DNA of 64,000 nucleotides from Candidatus Pacearchaeota archaeon (GCA_018304045.1 JAGVWZ010000016.1:18063-82062); one strand, 5' to 3'. Positions 8,047 to 17,666 are shown, numbered from the stretch's first letter. The notes: generated by a model not told the origin, from the sequence alone. Program-made: numbers and translations.

Positions 8047-9774
8047 CTATTGTCTAGCTAGTATGAATTTCTTCATTAATTCCAGAATTTCTTCTTGTTT
8101 ATTAGGCAAAAATGTAATTGAACCTGCATTTTTATGCCCGCCACCTTCAACAAAAGAATTTGGAGTGTGTTTATTCAAATAGGAAATAAGTTCATGCATT
8201 GAAAAATTAGAATCATCAGTTGCACGAATAGTTATTGCAGTCCTCATTAAACCAGCAGTGACTAAATTGTTTACACCATGGGTTTTTTGCAAATCATCAT
8301 GCACCATTCCAACACACTTTCCAGGTTTAGGATAAAATCCAAATCCAGGAAAAGTATTTTCAATATCTAGTAATTGTAAAGTTGTCTTTCCAATTTTTTC
8401 AACATCTGTATTTGACTTAGCAATAAGAAGTCCTTTTTCTTCTAATCCAATAATATAAGGTGCCATTAAACTAACAAGTTCTTTTTGTTTATGTCTTGGT
8501 TCTCCGAATATAACTCCAATATATTCTCTAACTTCCATAAATCTTACTTTTGCAGAAACAAAATCAATAACTTTTGAAATATTAACAAGCAATTCTTTTG
8601 TATAACCTTCTTTTTCAGCAATTTTTACATATTCTTTTATCAGTTCTGGATTTGTAATATCAACCCTATCTGCTAAGCCTGCAATAGCAGGAAGCACTTC
8701 TAAACCCTGAACATTATTGATAAATCTAGCTAATTCAGCACCCAACATTCCAGCAGAAAATTTGCTTCCATCTTCACCAACCAAGAAAGGATTTACATGA
8801 GTTAATACTTCTCTAGAAATAACATCATGATGTTCAAATTTTTGATTTCCTTTTTGATTTGAACAGACAGAAGATATATTATCTTCTGTATCAAAAAAAT
8901 GATGATCAATAACAATAAATTCAATTCCATGAACTTTTCCCTGTTTTATTCCAAATAAATCTTCAGGAGTAGAACCATTATCAGTTATAATAACCAAAGG
9001 CATTTTATTTGAGAATTTAGCTACATTTCTAAGAGAATTAGCAGTATCTCTAATAGAATCATCAATTTCATAAAAAGGAGCCTGACAAGGACTTCTCATA
9101 AAAAATTCATAACCTGCTTTTTCACTTCCATGTTCTTTCTCAATTAATGGTAAGATTGCTTTTTCAAGAGCATAACCAGCACAATACCCATCTGTATCAT
9201 TATGATGTCTTATTATAATTGGCCTATTCTGTATAATTGCAAGCCTGATTTCAAAAGCAGCTTTAATAATTAGTGGTTTTAATTTTTCAATAATTTCACT
9301 TTTAACTAAAAAATCAATTTCTTTAACTTCAGCTCTTTTTTTCTGTAAATGAATTATTTTTTCAAGATAAACCTTATGCTCTTCAGGATTTAATTTTTCT
9401 ATTTTTTCTATTTCCCCTTCCAACTCACCATTATATTCATTGATTGTAACAACAGCCTTTATTGTATCACCCATATCAATTTCAGGATAAGCTCTTTGAC
9501 CCTGGCCAACAAATCCTTTTAGTGCAAGAGTAGCTGTTCCATCAGAAACAACAAATATAGTTGGCCCACCAGTTTGTGTAACCTGTTCAATCAATCCAGA
9601 AACTTCAACATTTTGATTAAAAAAATCCTGATTAATATCTTTTATTTCAACACTTTCAGCTGCTTTATTCACAAACTTTTCAAATTTAGAGAATTTGTCT
9701 GATTTTTCAAATTTTCCCTTTGAAAAACCTTTCTTCTGAAATTTATTATTAAACCGATTGTTTTTGTTTCCCAT
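8047..9774 (-). CDS. DHH-family RecJ-like nuclease (archaeal RecJ/Cdc45/GAN type) with N-terminal OB-fold
   Basis: DHH motif I (HNDTDGYCAG), motif III (ITDNGST) and IVIDHHF; N-terminal OB-like region; C-terminal DHHA1-like GGGHKNAG. Confidence 0.65.
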   Translation of the reverse strand: MGNKNNRFNNKFQKKGFSKGKFEKSDKFSKFEKFVNKAAESVEIKDINQDFFNQNVEVSGLIEQVTQTGGPTIFVVSDGTATLALKGFVGQGQRAYPEIDMGDTIKAVVTINEYNGELEGEIEKIEKLNPEEHKVYLEKIIHLQKKRAEVKEIDFLVKSEIIEKLKPLIIKAAFEIRLAIIQNRPIIIRHHNDTDGYCAGYALEKAILPLIEKEHGSEKAGYEFFMRSPCQAPFYEIDDSIRDTANSLRNVAKFSNKMPLVIITDNGSTPEDLFGIKQGKVHGIEFIVIDHHFFDTEDNISSVCSNQKGNQKFEHHDVISREVLTHVNPFLVGEDGSKFSAGMLGAELARFINNVQGLEVLPAIAGLADRVDITNPELIKEYVKIAEKEGYTKELLVNISKVIDFVSAKVRFMEVREYIGVIFGEPRHKQKELVSLMAPYIIGLEEKGLLIAKSNTDVEKIGKTTLQLLDIENTFPGFGFYPKPGKCVGMVHDDLQKTHGVNNLVTAGLMRTAITIRATDDSNFSMHELISYLNKHTPNSFVEGGGHKNAGSITFLPNKQEEILELMKKFILARQ

Positions 9775-9993
9775 TTTAATAAAATAATTTATCCAAAACT
9801 CTCCTTTTTATATAATTAGATATAATCAGGGTTTTTAAATTATGCTTCATTTCTAAATCATATGAATATTTACCTGTTTTTTAATACTTTTTTAATAGAT
9901 GCACTTACTTAATCCAAAGATTTAGAGTTATATGCAGATATCAATATAAATTAGAAAGATGTTTAACCTCTATTTTTTATTTTAAGACGTTTG

Positions 9994-10566
9994 TTATATC
10001 AGTTCATGTATTCCCTTTGCAATCATTTCAATTGCAACAGCAGTTAAGAACAGTCCAAGAACCCTTGAGGTGATATCTATCACCTTTACATTTATTTTAG
10101 CTATTGTAAAAGAGAAGAATATGAATATTATTGCAACAAATATAAATGCTACAAAGATATTGGATATCATTGAAAAACTTCCAATTTCATAGGCCTTTAA
10201 AGTAATAAATGCAATTGTTGAAGGTCCTGTAAGCAAAGGAGTTGCAATTATGGATACAAGAGCATCTGTTTCCTTTATATTTTTTTTATCATCCTGCTTT
10301 GCTCTTATTTTATCTAACCCTAAAAGCAAGAGTACAACTCCTCCAGCAACTCTAAAAGAATCTATTGATATTTTAAACAAATTAAACAAAGAAGGTCCAA
10401 CAATAGCAATAATCACTGCAACAATAAATGCTACAATAACAGCACTAACTGCAATCTTCTTAACATTCATTTTGCTTTTGTATGCAGAAAGCAACACTGG
10501 GAATGAAGAAAGTGGATTTATTAGTATAAATAATTGAACAATTAATGCATAATCAAAAAGATTCAT
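9994..10566 (-). CDS. MarC-family (UPF0056) integral membrane protein
   Basis: Six predicted TM helices; N-terminal FILINPLSSFPVLLS motif typical of MarC. Confidence 0.5.
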   Translation of the reverse strand: MNLFDYALIVQLFILINPLSSFPVLLSAYKSKMNVKKIAVSAVIVAFIVAVIIAIVGPSLFNLFKISIDSFRVAGGVVLLLLGLDKIRAKQDDKKNIKETDALVSIIATPLLTGPSTIAFITLKAYEIGSFSMISNIFVAFIFVAIIFIFFSFTIAKINVKVIDITSRVLGLFLTAVAIEMIAKGIHELI

Positions 10567-10682
10567 TTTTACCTCTCAATTAATTAATCCAGTTTAGGTA
10601 TTTAAATTTATTTAATCAATAATCTTCATCTAAGGAATAGATTTTAAAATACTGAATTATTAATATTCTAAAGAGGAATAAT

Positions 10683-11297
10683 ATGAATTTTACAAATTTT
10701 GATCAAGTTCTGAATTTTATACAAGTTCAAGGATATATTGTAATTTTAATCCTAATGATTATTGAAGGCCCAATAGTTACAACAGCAGCTGCATTTGCAG
10801 CTTCTTTTGGTATTTTTAATATTTTTATTATATTCTTCTTGTCAATTGCAGGGGATTTGATTGGAGATATTATTTATTTTGAAGTAGGAAAAAAAGTAAG
10901 AGGAAATTTTATTGAAAAATATAGCAAGAGAATAGGTGTAGAAAATAAAACTCTAAAAAATATTGAGTCTATGCTTCATAATAATTTAATGAAAGCAATG
11001 GTTTTTATTAAATTTACACCTGTATTAGCAAGTATAGGCCTTCTTTTAAGCGGAGCACTAAGAACTCCCAGAAGAAAGTTTATCATTGCCTCATTATTAA
11101 TAACAATCCCAAGAGCAATATTCTTTACAGTGGTTGGATATTATTTTGGATTAGCAATAAAACCAATATTAAAATACTATAACTTAACAGGATACATATT
11201 TTTTATAATTGTGGTATTAATGCTTATTTTTTATATCTTTTACAAATGGTTCATTGAAAAATTAATCCTTTCTTACACTAAAGAAATAAGTAAATAA
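10683..11297 (+). CDS. DedA/VTT-family membrane protein
   Basis: GYIVILILMIIEGPIVTTAAAFAASFG ... AGDLIGDIIYF pattern of DedA (SNARE-associated Golgi protein) family. Confidence 0.5.
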   Translation: MNFTNFDQVLNFIQVQGYIVILILMIIEGPIVTTAAAFAASFGIFNIFIIFFLSIAGDLIGDIIYFEVGKKVRGNFIEKYSKRIGVENKTLKNIESMLHNNLMKAMVFIKFTPVLASIGLLLSGALRTPRRKFIIASLLITIPRAIFFTVVGYYFGLAIKPILKYYNLTGYIFFIIVVLMLIFYIFYKWFIEKLILSYTKEISK

Positions 11298-12098
11298 TTT
11301 TCTTGTGTTCTTAACAATAAAATAGTGCACAGGTTTTACTTTATTATGACACTTACCATATCCAAAATTTTTAATACACCTAAAAAAATCACCTGCATTA
11401 TGAACAATAGGAATTATCTTTCCATTACTAAGAAACATTCCATTTTTTATTTTAAATTTTCTATTGAATATTGTTATAATAAAATTATAATCACTACCTA
11501 TTTCAAAAAAACCATGTCTATAGAAATAAATATTAACTAAAAACTGGTCAGGTCCAAAAACCTTTTTGTTTATTAGATTATCTTCAATAAACTTACAAAG
11601 CATAATGAATTTATCAGTTGGAGCAACAATAAATCCAGCATTTAATGATTTTTTATTATTTAGAATTTGGATTATTTCTTTTTTCAGATGTTTGCTAAAA
11701 AGATTTCTCCTTAGTATCTGTTTCATAAAAGGATCTTTCAATTCTTCTGCAACAATCCTAAAATCATTTTTATTTTTAAAAAATAGATGGGTTATATCTT
11801 TTTGAAATATAATATCTCCACTATCACAGGAAATTATTTGTTCATACTTATTTTTTTCTAAAAATTTTCTTAAATCCCTAAATCGAATATTTACAACATG
11901 CCCATCTCTATTACATTTTATAACAATAACTTCTTTAGATAAGAGTCTTTCTTTTTGTTCATTTGTAAGTCCATAGTCTAAAACAACAATATCCACCAAG
12001 TTTCTGTCTATATTCATTAAAAGTGATTTTAACCAATGATTAACTAAGAAATTTCCATACTTAGAATCACAGGCAGTTATAATTGCAAATTTCTTCAT
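11262..12098 (-). CDS. hypothetical protein, possibly nucleotide-diphospho-sugar transferase fold
   Basis: N-terminal IITACDSKYGNFL...VDIVVLDYG resembles Rossmann-like glycosyltransferase starts; weak. Confidence 0.3.
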   Translation of the reverse strand: MKKFAIITACDSKYGNFLVNHWLKSLLMNIDRNLVDIVVLDYGLTNEQKERLLSKEVIVIKCNRDGHVVNIRFRDLRKFLEKNKYEQIISCDSGDIIFQKDITHLFFKNKNDFRIVAEELKDPFMKQILRRNLFSKHLKKEIIQILNNKKSLNAGFIVAPTDKFIMLCKFIEDNLINKKVFGPDQFLVNIYFYRHGFFEIGSDYNFIITIFNRKFKIKNGMFLSNGKIIPIVHNAGDFFRCIKNFGYGKCHNKVKPVHYFIVKNTRKLFTYFFSVRKD

Positions 12099-12138
12099 AG
12101 AATTACATTCTATCTTTCTTTATAAATTTTAAGATATT

Positions 12139-12666
12139 CTATTTTTTCCAATCATGAGTTAACTTGCTACAGGTATCAATTGTTAAGGACTCATTATCCT
12201 CTTGAATTTCATTTAAAAATTCTTTTCTAGCTTCTGAAATCTTCTTTTTAACATTCATCTCATCTCCATTACCTTCATCCCCACTAAATTCCGACTCATC
12301 ACCCCTATTATTATTATTATTATTATTTCGATTATTCCAACTTACACCACCATAACTTTTTCCATTATTAAACCCATTCTGTTCACTATGGCTCTCTCCT
12401 TCACCCACACTTCCAAACACCTCCACAGTTCCACATTCTCTAGTCTTAAACCTATCTCGAAGAATGTTTGCATTTGCCGCCCCATCAATCTCATTAGAGT
12501 CCTCTCGGATATATTTGCTAATATAGTCAATTTCCTTGATAGAATTAGGTAGTTTAGAAATTGGCTTATTAGAGAATCCTTCTTTGGAAGTAATCTTATT
12601 CGAAGGATTGTCTATAAATCTATAATCTTCAGAAGAATTTTCATCAACCTCAATTGCCATAGGCAA
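12139..12666 (-). CDS. hypothetical low-complexity protein (Asn-run)
   Basis: ORF contains NNRNNNNNNNRGDE, encoded by an (ATT/AAT)n tract at ~12306..12332. Confidence 0.3.
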   Translation of the reverse strand: MPMAIEVDENSSEDYRFIDNPSNKITSKEGFSNKPISKLPNSIKEIDYISKYIREDSNEIDGAANANILRDRFKTRECGTVEVFGSVGEGESHSEQNGFNNGKSYGGVSWNNRNNNNNNNRGDESEFSGDEGNGDEMNVKKKISEARKEFLNEIQEDNESLTIDTCSKLTHDWKK

Positions 12667-12704
12667 TTAAGCAGAGCATAGTTTATAAAATAATATATAA
12701 TACA

Positions 12705-12714
12705 CGCCCGCGCC
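12705..12714. repeat. att-like copy of the tRNA-Asp 3' end (cgcccgcgcc), distal boundary of cassette array
   Basis: 10-bp all-GC match to the tRNA-Asp acceptor or T-stem 3' strand in ~30% GC DNA; one of four copies spaced 0.1-1.2 kb apart. Confidence 0.6.
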
Positions 12715-12745
12715 AAACTCTCGATAAAAGTGTCTCAGTTGAGCC

Positions 12746-13792
12746 TCACAAGAATATATTCCAGTAACTTTCAATCATCTCACTAGCAATAAACTGTACT
12801 AATTCAAAATAATCTTCAATTTTTACCTTAAACAAATCAGAATTATCAGCTTTTCTCATAGCTTTAAGATATTTTTCACGATTTTTATTTCTAATGACTA
12901 TTGGCGGATAATTATTTTTAATTAAAATATAATTTAGTAACATTCTTCCAGTTCTTCCATTTCCATCCATAAACGGATGGATTTTTTCAAACTTATGCTG
13001 AAAAATAATAGCTAAAACTAATGGATGAAGCTTTTCCTTATTTTCTTTATCTGAAGATTGCTTTGCAATCGAAGATTTGAGAACTCGGTTCTCATTATAC
13101 CATTTTAATAATAAATCCATATCTGTTTTTACATAAGGGGCAGGTGTTGATTTAAAATTAGCTTTTATAACCCTAACATCTTGAGTTCTATAGCCTATTC
13201 TTTTATCAATATTATCTAAAAGATTTTTGTGAATATTTATTATAAAATCATGAGTAATTTCTTCTTTACTTTCAATTACTTCAGAAAATACTTTTTCTGT
13301 ATTCTGCAAATCATAAATTTCTCTAAGTGTTCTGTTTTTAGGTGTTTTTCCATCTTCCAATAGTTTTTTTGCTTCTGCAAGTTTTATTGTATTTCCTTCA
13401 ATTGAAGTAGTATTATAAGCAAATTCTATTAGAAAATTCTTTAGAATTTCCCTGCGAGTCAAAGAATCATGTTTTTGAAATTCTCTTAAATAATGAAGTT
13501 TGCAAGCCTCAACTTCACTAAGTTTTTCTCCTAAAAATAAATCTTGTTTTAATTTTAACTTTTTGACTTCATCAACAAGCCTATTTGATTCTAGAAAATT
13601 ATGAATAGTCTTATATGCCTTTCTTATTTCATTTTTATATTTTGGAAGGTTTTCAAGTGATTTTTTTACATCTTCAGTATTACTTCCAAGATATGCTAAA
13701 TCTTTAGTAACAAGCTTATCTTCTTTTTTTTCAGATGCCCTTAAGTAATAATATTCTTTCTTTCCAATAGTTTTCTTATAGATATATGCCAT
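12746..13792 (-). CDS. Fic/DOC family protein (cassette gene)
   Basis: Fic motif HPFMDGNGRTGR. Confidence 0.85.
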   Translation of the reverse strand: MAYIYKKTIGKKEYYYLRASEKKEDKLVTKDLAYLGSNTEDVKKSLENLPKYKNEIRKAYKTIHNFLESNRLVDEVKKLKLKQDLFLGEKLSEVEACKLHYLREFQKHDSLTRREILKNFLIEFAYNTTSIEGNTIKLAEAKKLLEDGKTPKNRTLREIYDLQNTEKVFSEVIESKEEITHDFIINIHKNLLDNIDKRIGYRTQDVRVIKANFKSTPAPYVKTDMDLLLKWYNENRVLKSSIAKQSSDKENKEKLHPLVLAIIFQHKFEKIHPFMDGNGRTGRMLLNYILIKNNYPPIVIRNKNREKYLKAMRKADNSDLFKVKIEDYFELVQFIASEMIESYWNIFL

Positions 13793-13861
13793 AGGAAATC
13801 TAAGAAAGCCTAGTTTATAAATCTTACCCTTTATTTATAAAATTATATTATAAAGGGTAAA

Positions 13862-13871
13862 CGCCCGCGCC
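13862..13871. repeat. att-like copy of the tRNA-Asp 3' end (cgcccgcgcc)
   Basis: Same core as 12705, 15795 and the tRNA itself; followed by the conserved cassette-end motif caaaaggacttttagtaaat. Confidence 0.6.
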
Positions 13872-13960
13872 GAACAAAAGGACTTTTAGTAAATATTAAT
13901 AAAATTGGAAAGAACTTTTGTGAATAGAACTCTGGATAAAAGTGTCTCAGTTAGAAGAAA

Positions 13961-14209
13961 TTATTGTTCTTTTTTATGATATAAATTTAATATGATTACT
14001 CTTTCCTCATGTTTTATATAGCAATAAGAAAGTCTAAATGGAGATACATATAATTCTCTTGTTCCTCTTCGGTCATACATCATAGGTTTTCCAATTTCAG
14101 GATTATTTTTTATTTTTTCAATTTGTTTGATTACTCTTTCCTTTAAATTATTATCCTTAATTTTTGAAAATGTTTCTCTAAATTTATCATCAAAATTAAC
14201 TCTTGTCAT
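13961..14209 (-). CDS. RelE/ParE-family type II toxin (cassette gene)
   Basis: 82 aa; close paralog of 39767..40015 (shared KIKDNNLKERV...NPEIGKPM...GTRELYVSPFRLSY); RelE-like size and basic character. Confidence 0.6.
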   Translation of the reverse strand: MTRVNFDDKFRETFSKIKDNNLKERVIKQIEKIKNNPEIGKPMMYDRRGTRELYVSPFRLSYCYIKHEERVIILNLYHKKEQ

Positions 14210-14250
14210 TTTAACCTCTTTTTTATTATAATCTGAGAAATAGAATTAAA

Positions 14251-14520
14251 TCACCATTTCTTCATTTCTTCTATAAAATTGTCAAATCCCATTTCTTTAA
14301 ATTCCCCTCTTTCATACCTTTTATATGCCTCTTCAGTTCTTCTTGCAAATTCTAAATCTTCCTCAAGAGTTTTACTAAATTCATCAGCTTTTTTTAATAT
14401 TATCTGACTATCATTTTTAATTATAACAAGTTTATCTCCTTCTTTCAAATCTCCTCTCATCTCTAAAGGTATAACTATTTGTCCTTTAGAGCTTATTCTT
14501 GTTATTGATATATTTTCCAT
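14251..14520 (-). CDS. AbrB/MazE/SpoVT-type antitoxin
   Basis: Swapped-hairpin motif ISSKGQIVIPLEMR; immediately upstream of the toxin on the same strand; C-terminus similar to 39579..39773. Confidence 0.6.
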   Translation of the reverse strand: MENISITRISSKGQIVIPLEMRGDLKEGDKLVIIKNDSQIILKKADEFSKTLEEDLEFARRTEEAYKRYERGEFKEMGFDNFIEEMKKW

Positions 14521-14654
14521 GTTAAATTTTTAAATTTAATCAGACAGAAAATTCTTAATTTTCTGTATATGTAAGATTAGTCTTACTAGTATATAAATAT
14601 TTCTATGAACAAATCTTACTCTCTACAAATGATATTTGTATTGTAAGGGGTAAC

Positions 14655-14664
14655 CGCCCATGCC
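14655..14664. repeat. degenerate att-like copy (cgcccatgcc) of the tRNA-Asp 3' end
   Basis: gggtaaCCGCCCATGCCAga versus gggtaaACGCCCGCGCCGaa at 13856; it separates the toxin-antitoxin cassette from the Fic-2 cassette. Confidence 0.45.
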
Positions 14665-14812
14665 AGACACCCATCATCTGGGTATATCTTAGTGTTTTTA
14701 TAAGAATTACTTAATCTATTGAATTTATAAGAGCTGTCGAGATAAAATATATCTATTTGACTTACCCCTACATAATAGGAAGATTTAAATATGTGTAGGG
14801 GTATAAATAATT

Positions 14813-15763
14813 ATGGTAAGTGTTAAATATAAAACTATTAATGGAAAGAAATATCTTTATGCAGAACATTCTTTTAGATTGCCTAATGGCAAAATCAAAA
14901 AAATATCTAAATTAATACAAAACAAAGAAGAAGAAAAGAATAGGGGGATAAAAGATTATTTCTTAAAAAAACAAATGGAATCTTATCAGGATTATGCATT
15001 AGAAACCTATAAACCAGATAGTATACTTAATGAAGAACAGATAAAAAAATTAGAACAGATAAAAGTAGAATATAAAGAAATAATGAAATCTTTTACTAAA
15101 AATCAAATAAAAGACATTTTAGACAGATTTACTGTTAATTTTACTTATGAATCTAATGCTATTGAAGGCAATTCTTTAACTCTAAAGGATGTAACTCTTA
15201 TACTTGGGGAAAATGTTGTTCCAAAAAACAAGGATTTAAGAGAAGTTTATGAAACAAGAAATACAAGAGAAGCCCATGAATTATTATTCAAAAATAAAGT
15301 AAAAATAAATATCAAAGATATAATTAATATTCACTCTATTCTTGTAAAGGATACAGGTGTTCAATTAGGATTTAAGAAACTTCCAAATTATCTTTTAATG
15401 AGGGATTTAAAAACAACTCCTCCTGAAAAAGTTGAAGAAGAAATGAACAAACTAATCCTTTGGTATAAAGCGAGTAAAAATAAAATTCATCCATTAAGAC
15501 TCGTGAGCGAATTTCATGCAAGATTTGAAAGTATCCATCCATTTGATGATGGAAATGGAAGAACTGGAAGAATTTTGTTAAATGCTATACTTTTTGAACA
15601 TAATTATCCTCCTTTAATTATAAGAAAAACAGCAAGAATTGCATATTTTTCTTCATTAGAAGCTTTTGATAAAGGATATAAAAATAAACTAGAAAGATTT
15701 TTGCTCGATAAGATAAAAGATACCTTTGAAAAATTTTTTAAGATTTATGTTAAATATCTTTAA
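14813..15763 (+). CDS. Fic/DOC family protein (cassette gene)
   Basis: Fic motif HPFDDGNGRTGR. Confidence 0.85.
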   Translation: MVSVKYKTINGKKYLYAEHSFRLPNGKIKKISKLIQNKEEEKNRGIKDYFLKKQMESYQDYALETYKPDSILNEEQIKKLEQIKVEYKEIMKSFTKNQIKDILDRFTVNFTYESNAIEGNSLTLKDVTLILGENVVPKNKDLREVYETRNTREAHELLFKNKVKINIKDIINIHSILVKDTGVQLGFKKLPNYLLMRDLKTTPPEKVEEEMNKLILWYKASKNKIHPLRLVSEFHARFESIHPFDDGNGRTGRILLNAILFEHNYPPLIIRKTARIAYFSSLEAFDKGYKNKLERFLLDKIKDTFEKFFKIYVKYL

Positions 15764-15794
15764 ATATAAGGACCAGAATAGGATATAACAAATC

Positions 15795-15804
15795 CGCCCG
15801 CGCC
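15795..15804. repeat. att-like copy of the tRNA-Asp 3' end (cgcccgcgcc)
   Basis: Exact 10-bp copy 108 bp from the tRNA 3' end. Confidence 0.6.
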
Positions 15805-15911
15805 TGTTTAAATTCCCATTTCTTTATTATTAATCTTACCAAAATGATAATTTAAAACTCAAACATCGGGTTCCCCGAGTTCATAGTCTCGGTTAAAATT
15901 ATAAGAGAAAG

Positions 15912-15983
15912 CGCCCGCGCCGAGACTCGAACTCGGGTTGCATCCGTGACAGGGATGAGTGCTAACCACTACACTACGCGGGC
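15912..15983 (-). tRNA. tRNA-Asp (anticodon GTC)
   Basis: Manual fold: acceptor GCCCGCG/CGCGGGC; anticodon stem CATCC/GGATG with loop CTGTCAC; T-arm CCGAG-TTCGAGT-CTCGG; discriminator G; no encoded CCA. Confidence 0.8.
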
Positions 15984-16087
15984 AAGTTTAAGCTAAGTCA
16001 AATATCTGCTTTAATAGCTAGATTGAACTTGACCTAGGCATGATTATTTTACAATTTTAAGATTTTTAAACCTTAGTATTTATAGAA

Positions 16088-16480
16088 TTATCTCTTTCTC
16101 TTTTTCATCCAATTAAGAATAAACATTACACCAATAATAATAGCAGGTAATGCAATTATCATTGACCAACTAAGTGCAATATACCATTGTGGCCACAATC
16201 TTATGGCTGTTGATATAAAATAAAGCACGCCCAATCCAATAAATATAATTCCTCCAACTAGATTATATCTCCATGCAATTAGCAGAACAATTATTAATAA
16301 AAAACTAGGAATCAAATGCATAAATAGCCCTAAGATTGTTCCCCAAAAACCAAGATTCGAATCAAAAATATCCAATGCAAATAAACTAATAAACATTACA
16401 AATAATATGGCTAATATTCTGGGAGTCCAAAACAACCATTTATTGACTTTCTTATTCTTTTTTAAAATTATTTTTTTCAT
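16088..16480 (-). CDS. small integral membrane protein
   Basis: Four hydrophobic segments; no recognisable domain. Confidence 0.4.
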   Translation of the reverse strand: MKKIILKKNKKVNKWLFWTPRILAILFVMFISLFALDIFDSNLGFWGTILGLFMHLIPSFLLIIVLLIAWRYNLVGGIIFIGLGVLYFISTAIRLWPQWYIALSWSMIIALPAIIIGVMFILNWMKKRKR

Positions 16481-16750
16481 ATATAGCTAATGAATTAGAA
16501 GTATTTATATCCTGTTATCAATAATTTATTTCAGCAAGAGGAAAGTATCTCTAACTTCTAAACTAACAAATTCTTAAGAGGCTGAACATGAGAAGACTCA
16601 AACAAATTTTAACATTAATAATAAGACCCAATTAATCAACCTAAGAACTATTTCTTCAATAATATAATAAACCTACTAAGTTTTGCATGACTAATTAATA
16701 TAAACACTACCAATAGAAAAGATTTTGGTTAGACTTATCTTCCAAAATTA

Positions 16751-16890
16751 GGCTCTGTCCGGAATAAATTAATCTAGTCTTATATTGAATAATAAATCTC
16801 TTCATTTTTCTTTCACGCCCTCAATTATTAGGGGCGCGTAAATAAAAATAAGTTTAATTCTAATAAGTATAAAGAACTCCGGACAAAGCC
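16751..16890. mobile_element. MITE-like element, copy 1 (~140 bp, 12-bp perfect TIR GCTCTGTCCGGA, internal hairpin)
   Basis: Terminal inverted repeats ggctctgtccgga ... tccggacaaagcc; flanked by a direct repeat ccaaaatta (possible target-site duplication); second copy at 25043..25192. Confidence 0.55.
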
Positions 16891-16915
16891 CAAAATTAAA
16901 ACCCTAATAAAAACA

Positions 16916-17347
16916 TTATTTCTTCCTATGAGCTTCGCCCTTCTCAACCCTTTTTGTGAATATTAAATAACAAACAGGTAATATTCCAAAAGTGCTTACT
17001 ATTAATAATATCCAAAACCAAAGTTTAGAATTTTTCTTAGAAGCTCTCCACATTGCAAATCCTTTCATAATCATATCAAATATAGTAAGCAACATTATTC
17101 CAAAAATAACAGCTAAGGACTTTATAACTTCCTTTCTAACATCAGGATTAGTTTTTATAGCATTTATAAGAGCTTCCTTAGGATTAGGCGGGCTTATTCC
17201 ATTCTGAAGATAATTCATCTGATTATTTGCTATTTGCTGTTGAATTGAACCCTGCACAGTATTAGCACTAACAAAACTAAAAATATTAATTAAAAATATT
17301 AATCCAAAAATTAAAGCTAATTGTTTTTTCATTTCCTCTTTTTCCAA
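16916..17347 (-). CDS. membrane protein, paralog of 3813..4091 (N-terminal signal or TM, Gln-rich segment, two C-terminal TM helices)
   Basis: Shared KGFA(L/M)W...KKN.K(V/L)WF.ILLIV.T.GIL motif. Confidence 0.45.
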   Translation of the reverse strand: MEKEEMKKQLALIFGLIFLINIFSFVSANTVQGSIQQQIANNQMNYLQNGISPPNPKEALINAIKTNPDVRKEVIKSLAVIFGIMLLTIFDMIMKGFAMWRASKKNSKLWFWILLIVSTFGILPVCYLIFTKRVEKGEAHRKK

Positions 17348-17666
17348 TTTATAATTAATATAAAAATTAGGAGTTTATAAATTATACGAATTTATAACAG
17401 ATCTCAATTAGTCTCTACTTATCTTTCTAAATCTATTAATCAAAAAAATGATCCTTGACAAAGTCAGGTTATTTTTTTCCCAAGAATTTTATTAGTCTTA
17501 GGACCTATCAGCTATTTGATTAATTAAGTTATAACTTACTTCCCTATGCTAGATTATATTGTTTTACATACGATACCTATACTTTAAGATATTCTGCTTT
17601 ACAATTATAAGGGAATATTCAATTAACAATATTTAAAAATCCTTATGGCTATGTTTTAATATCACA

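Noticed and set aside
12306-12332. (ATT)n tract as a separate regulatory repeat
   Set aside because: It lies inside ORF 12139..12666 and simply encodes the poly-Asn run; treated as a coding microsatellite.
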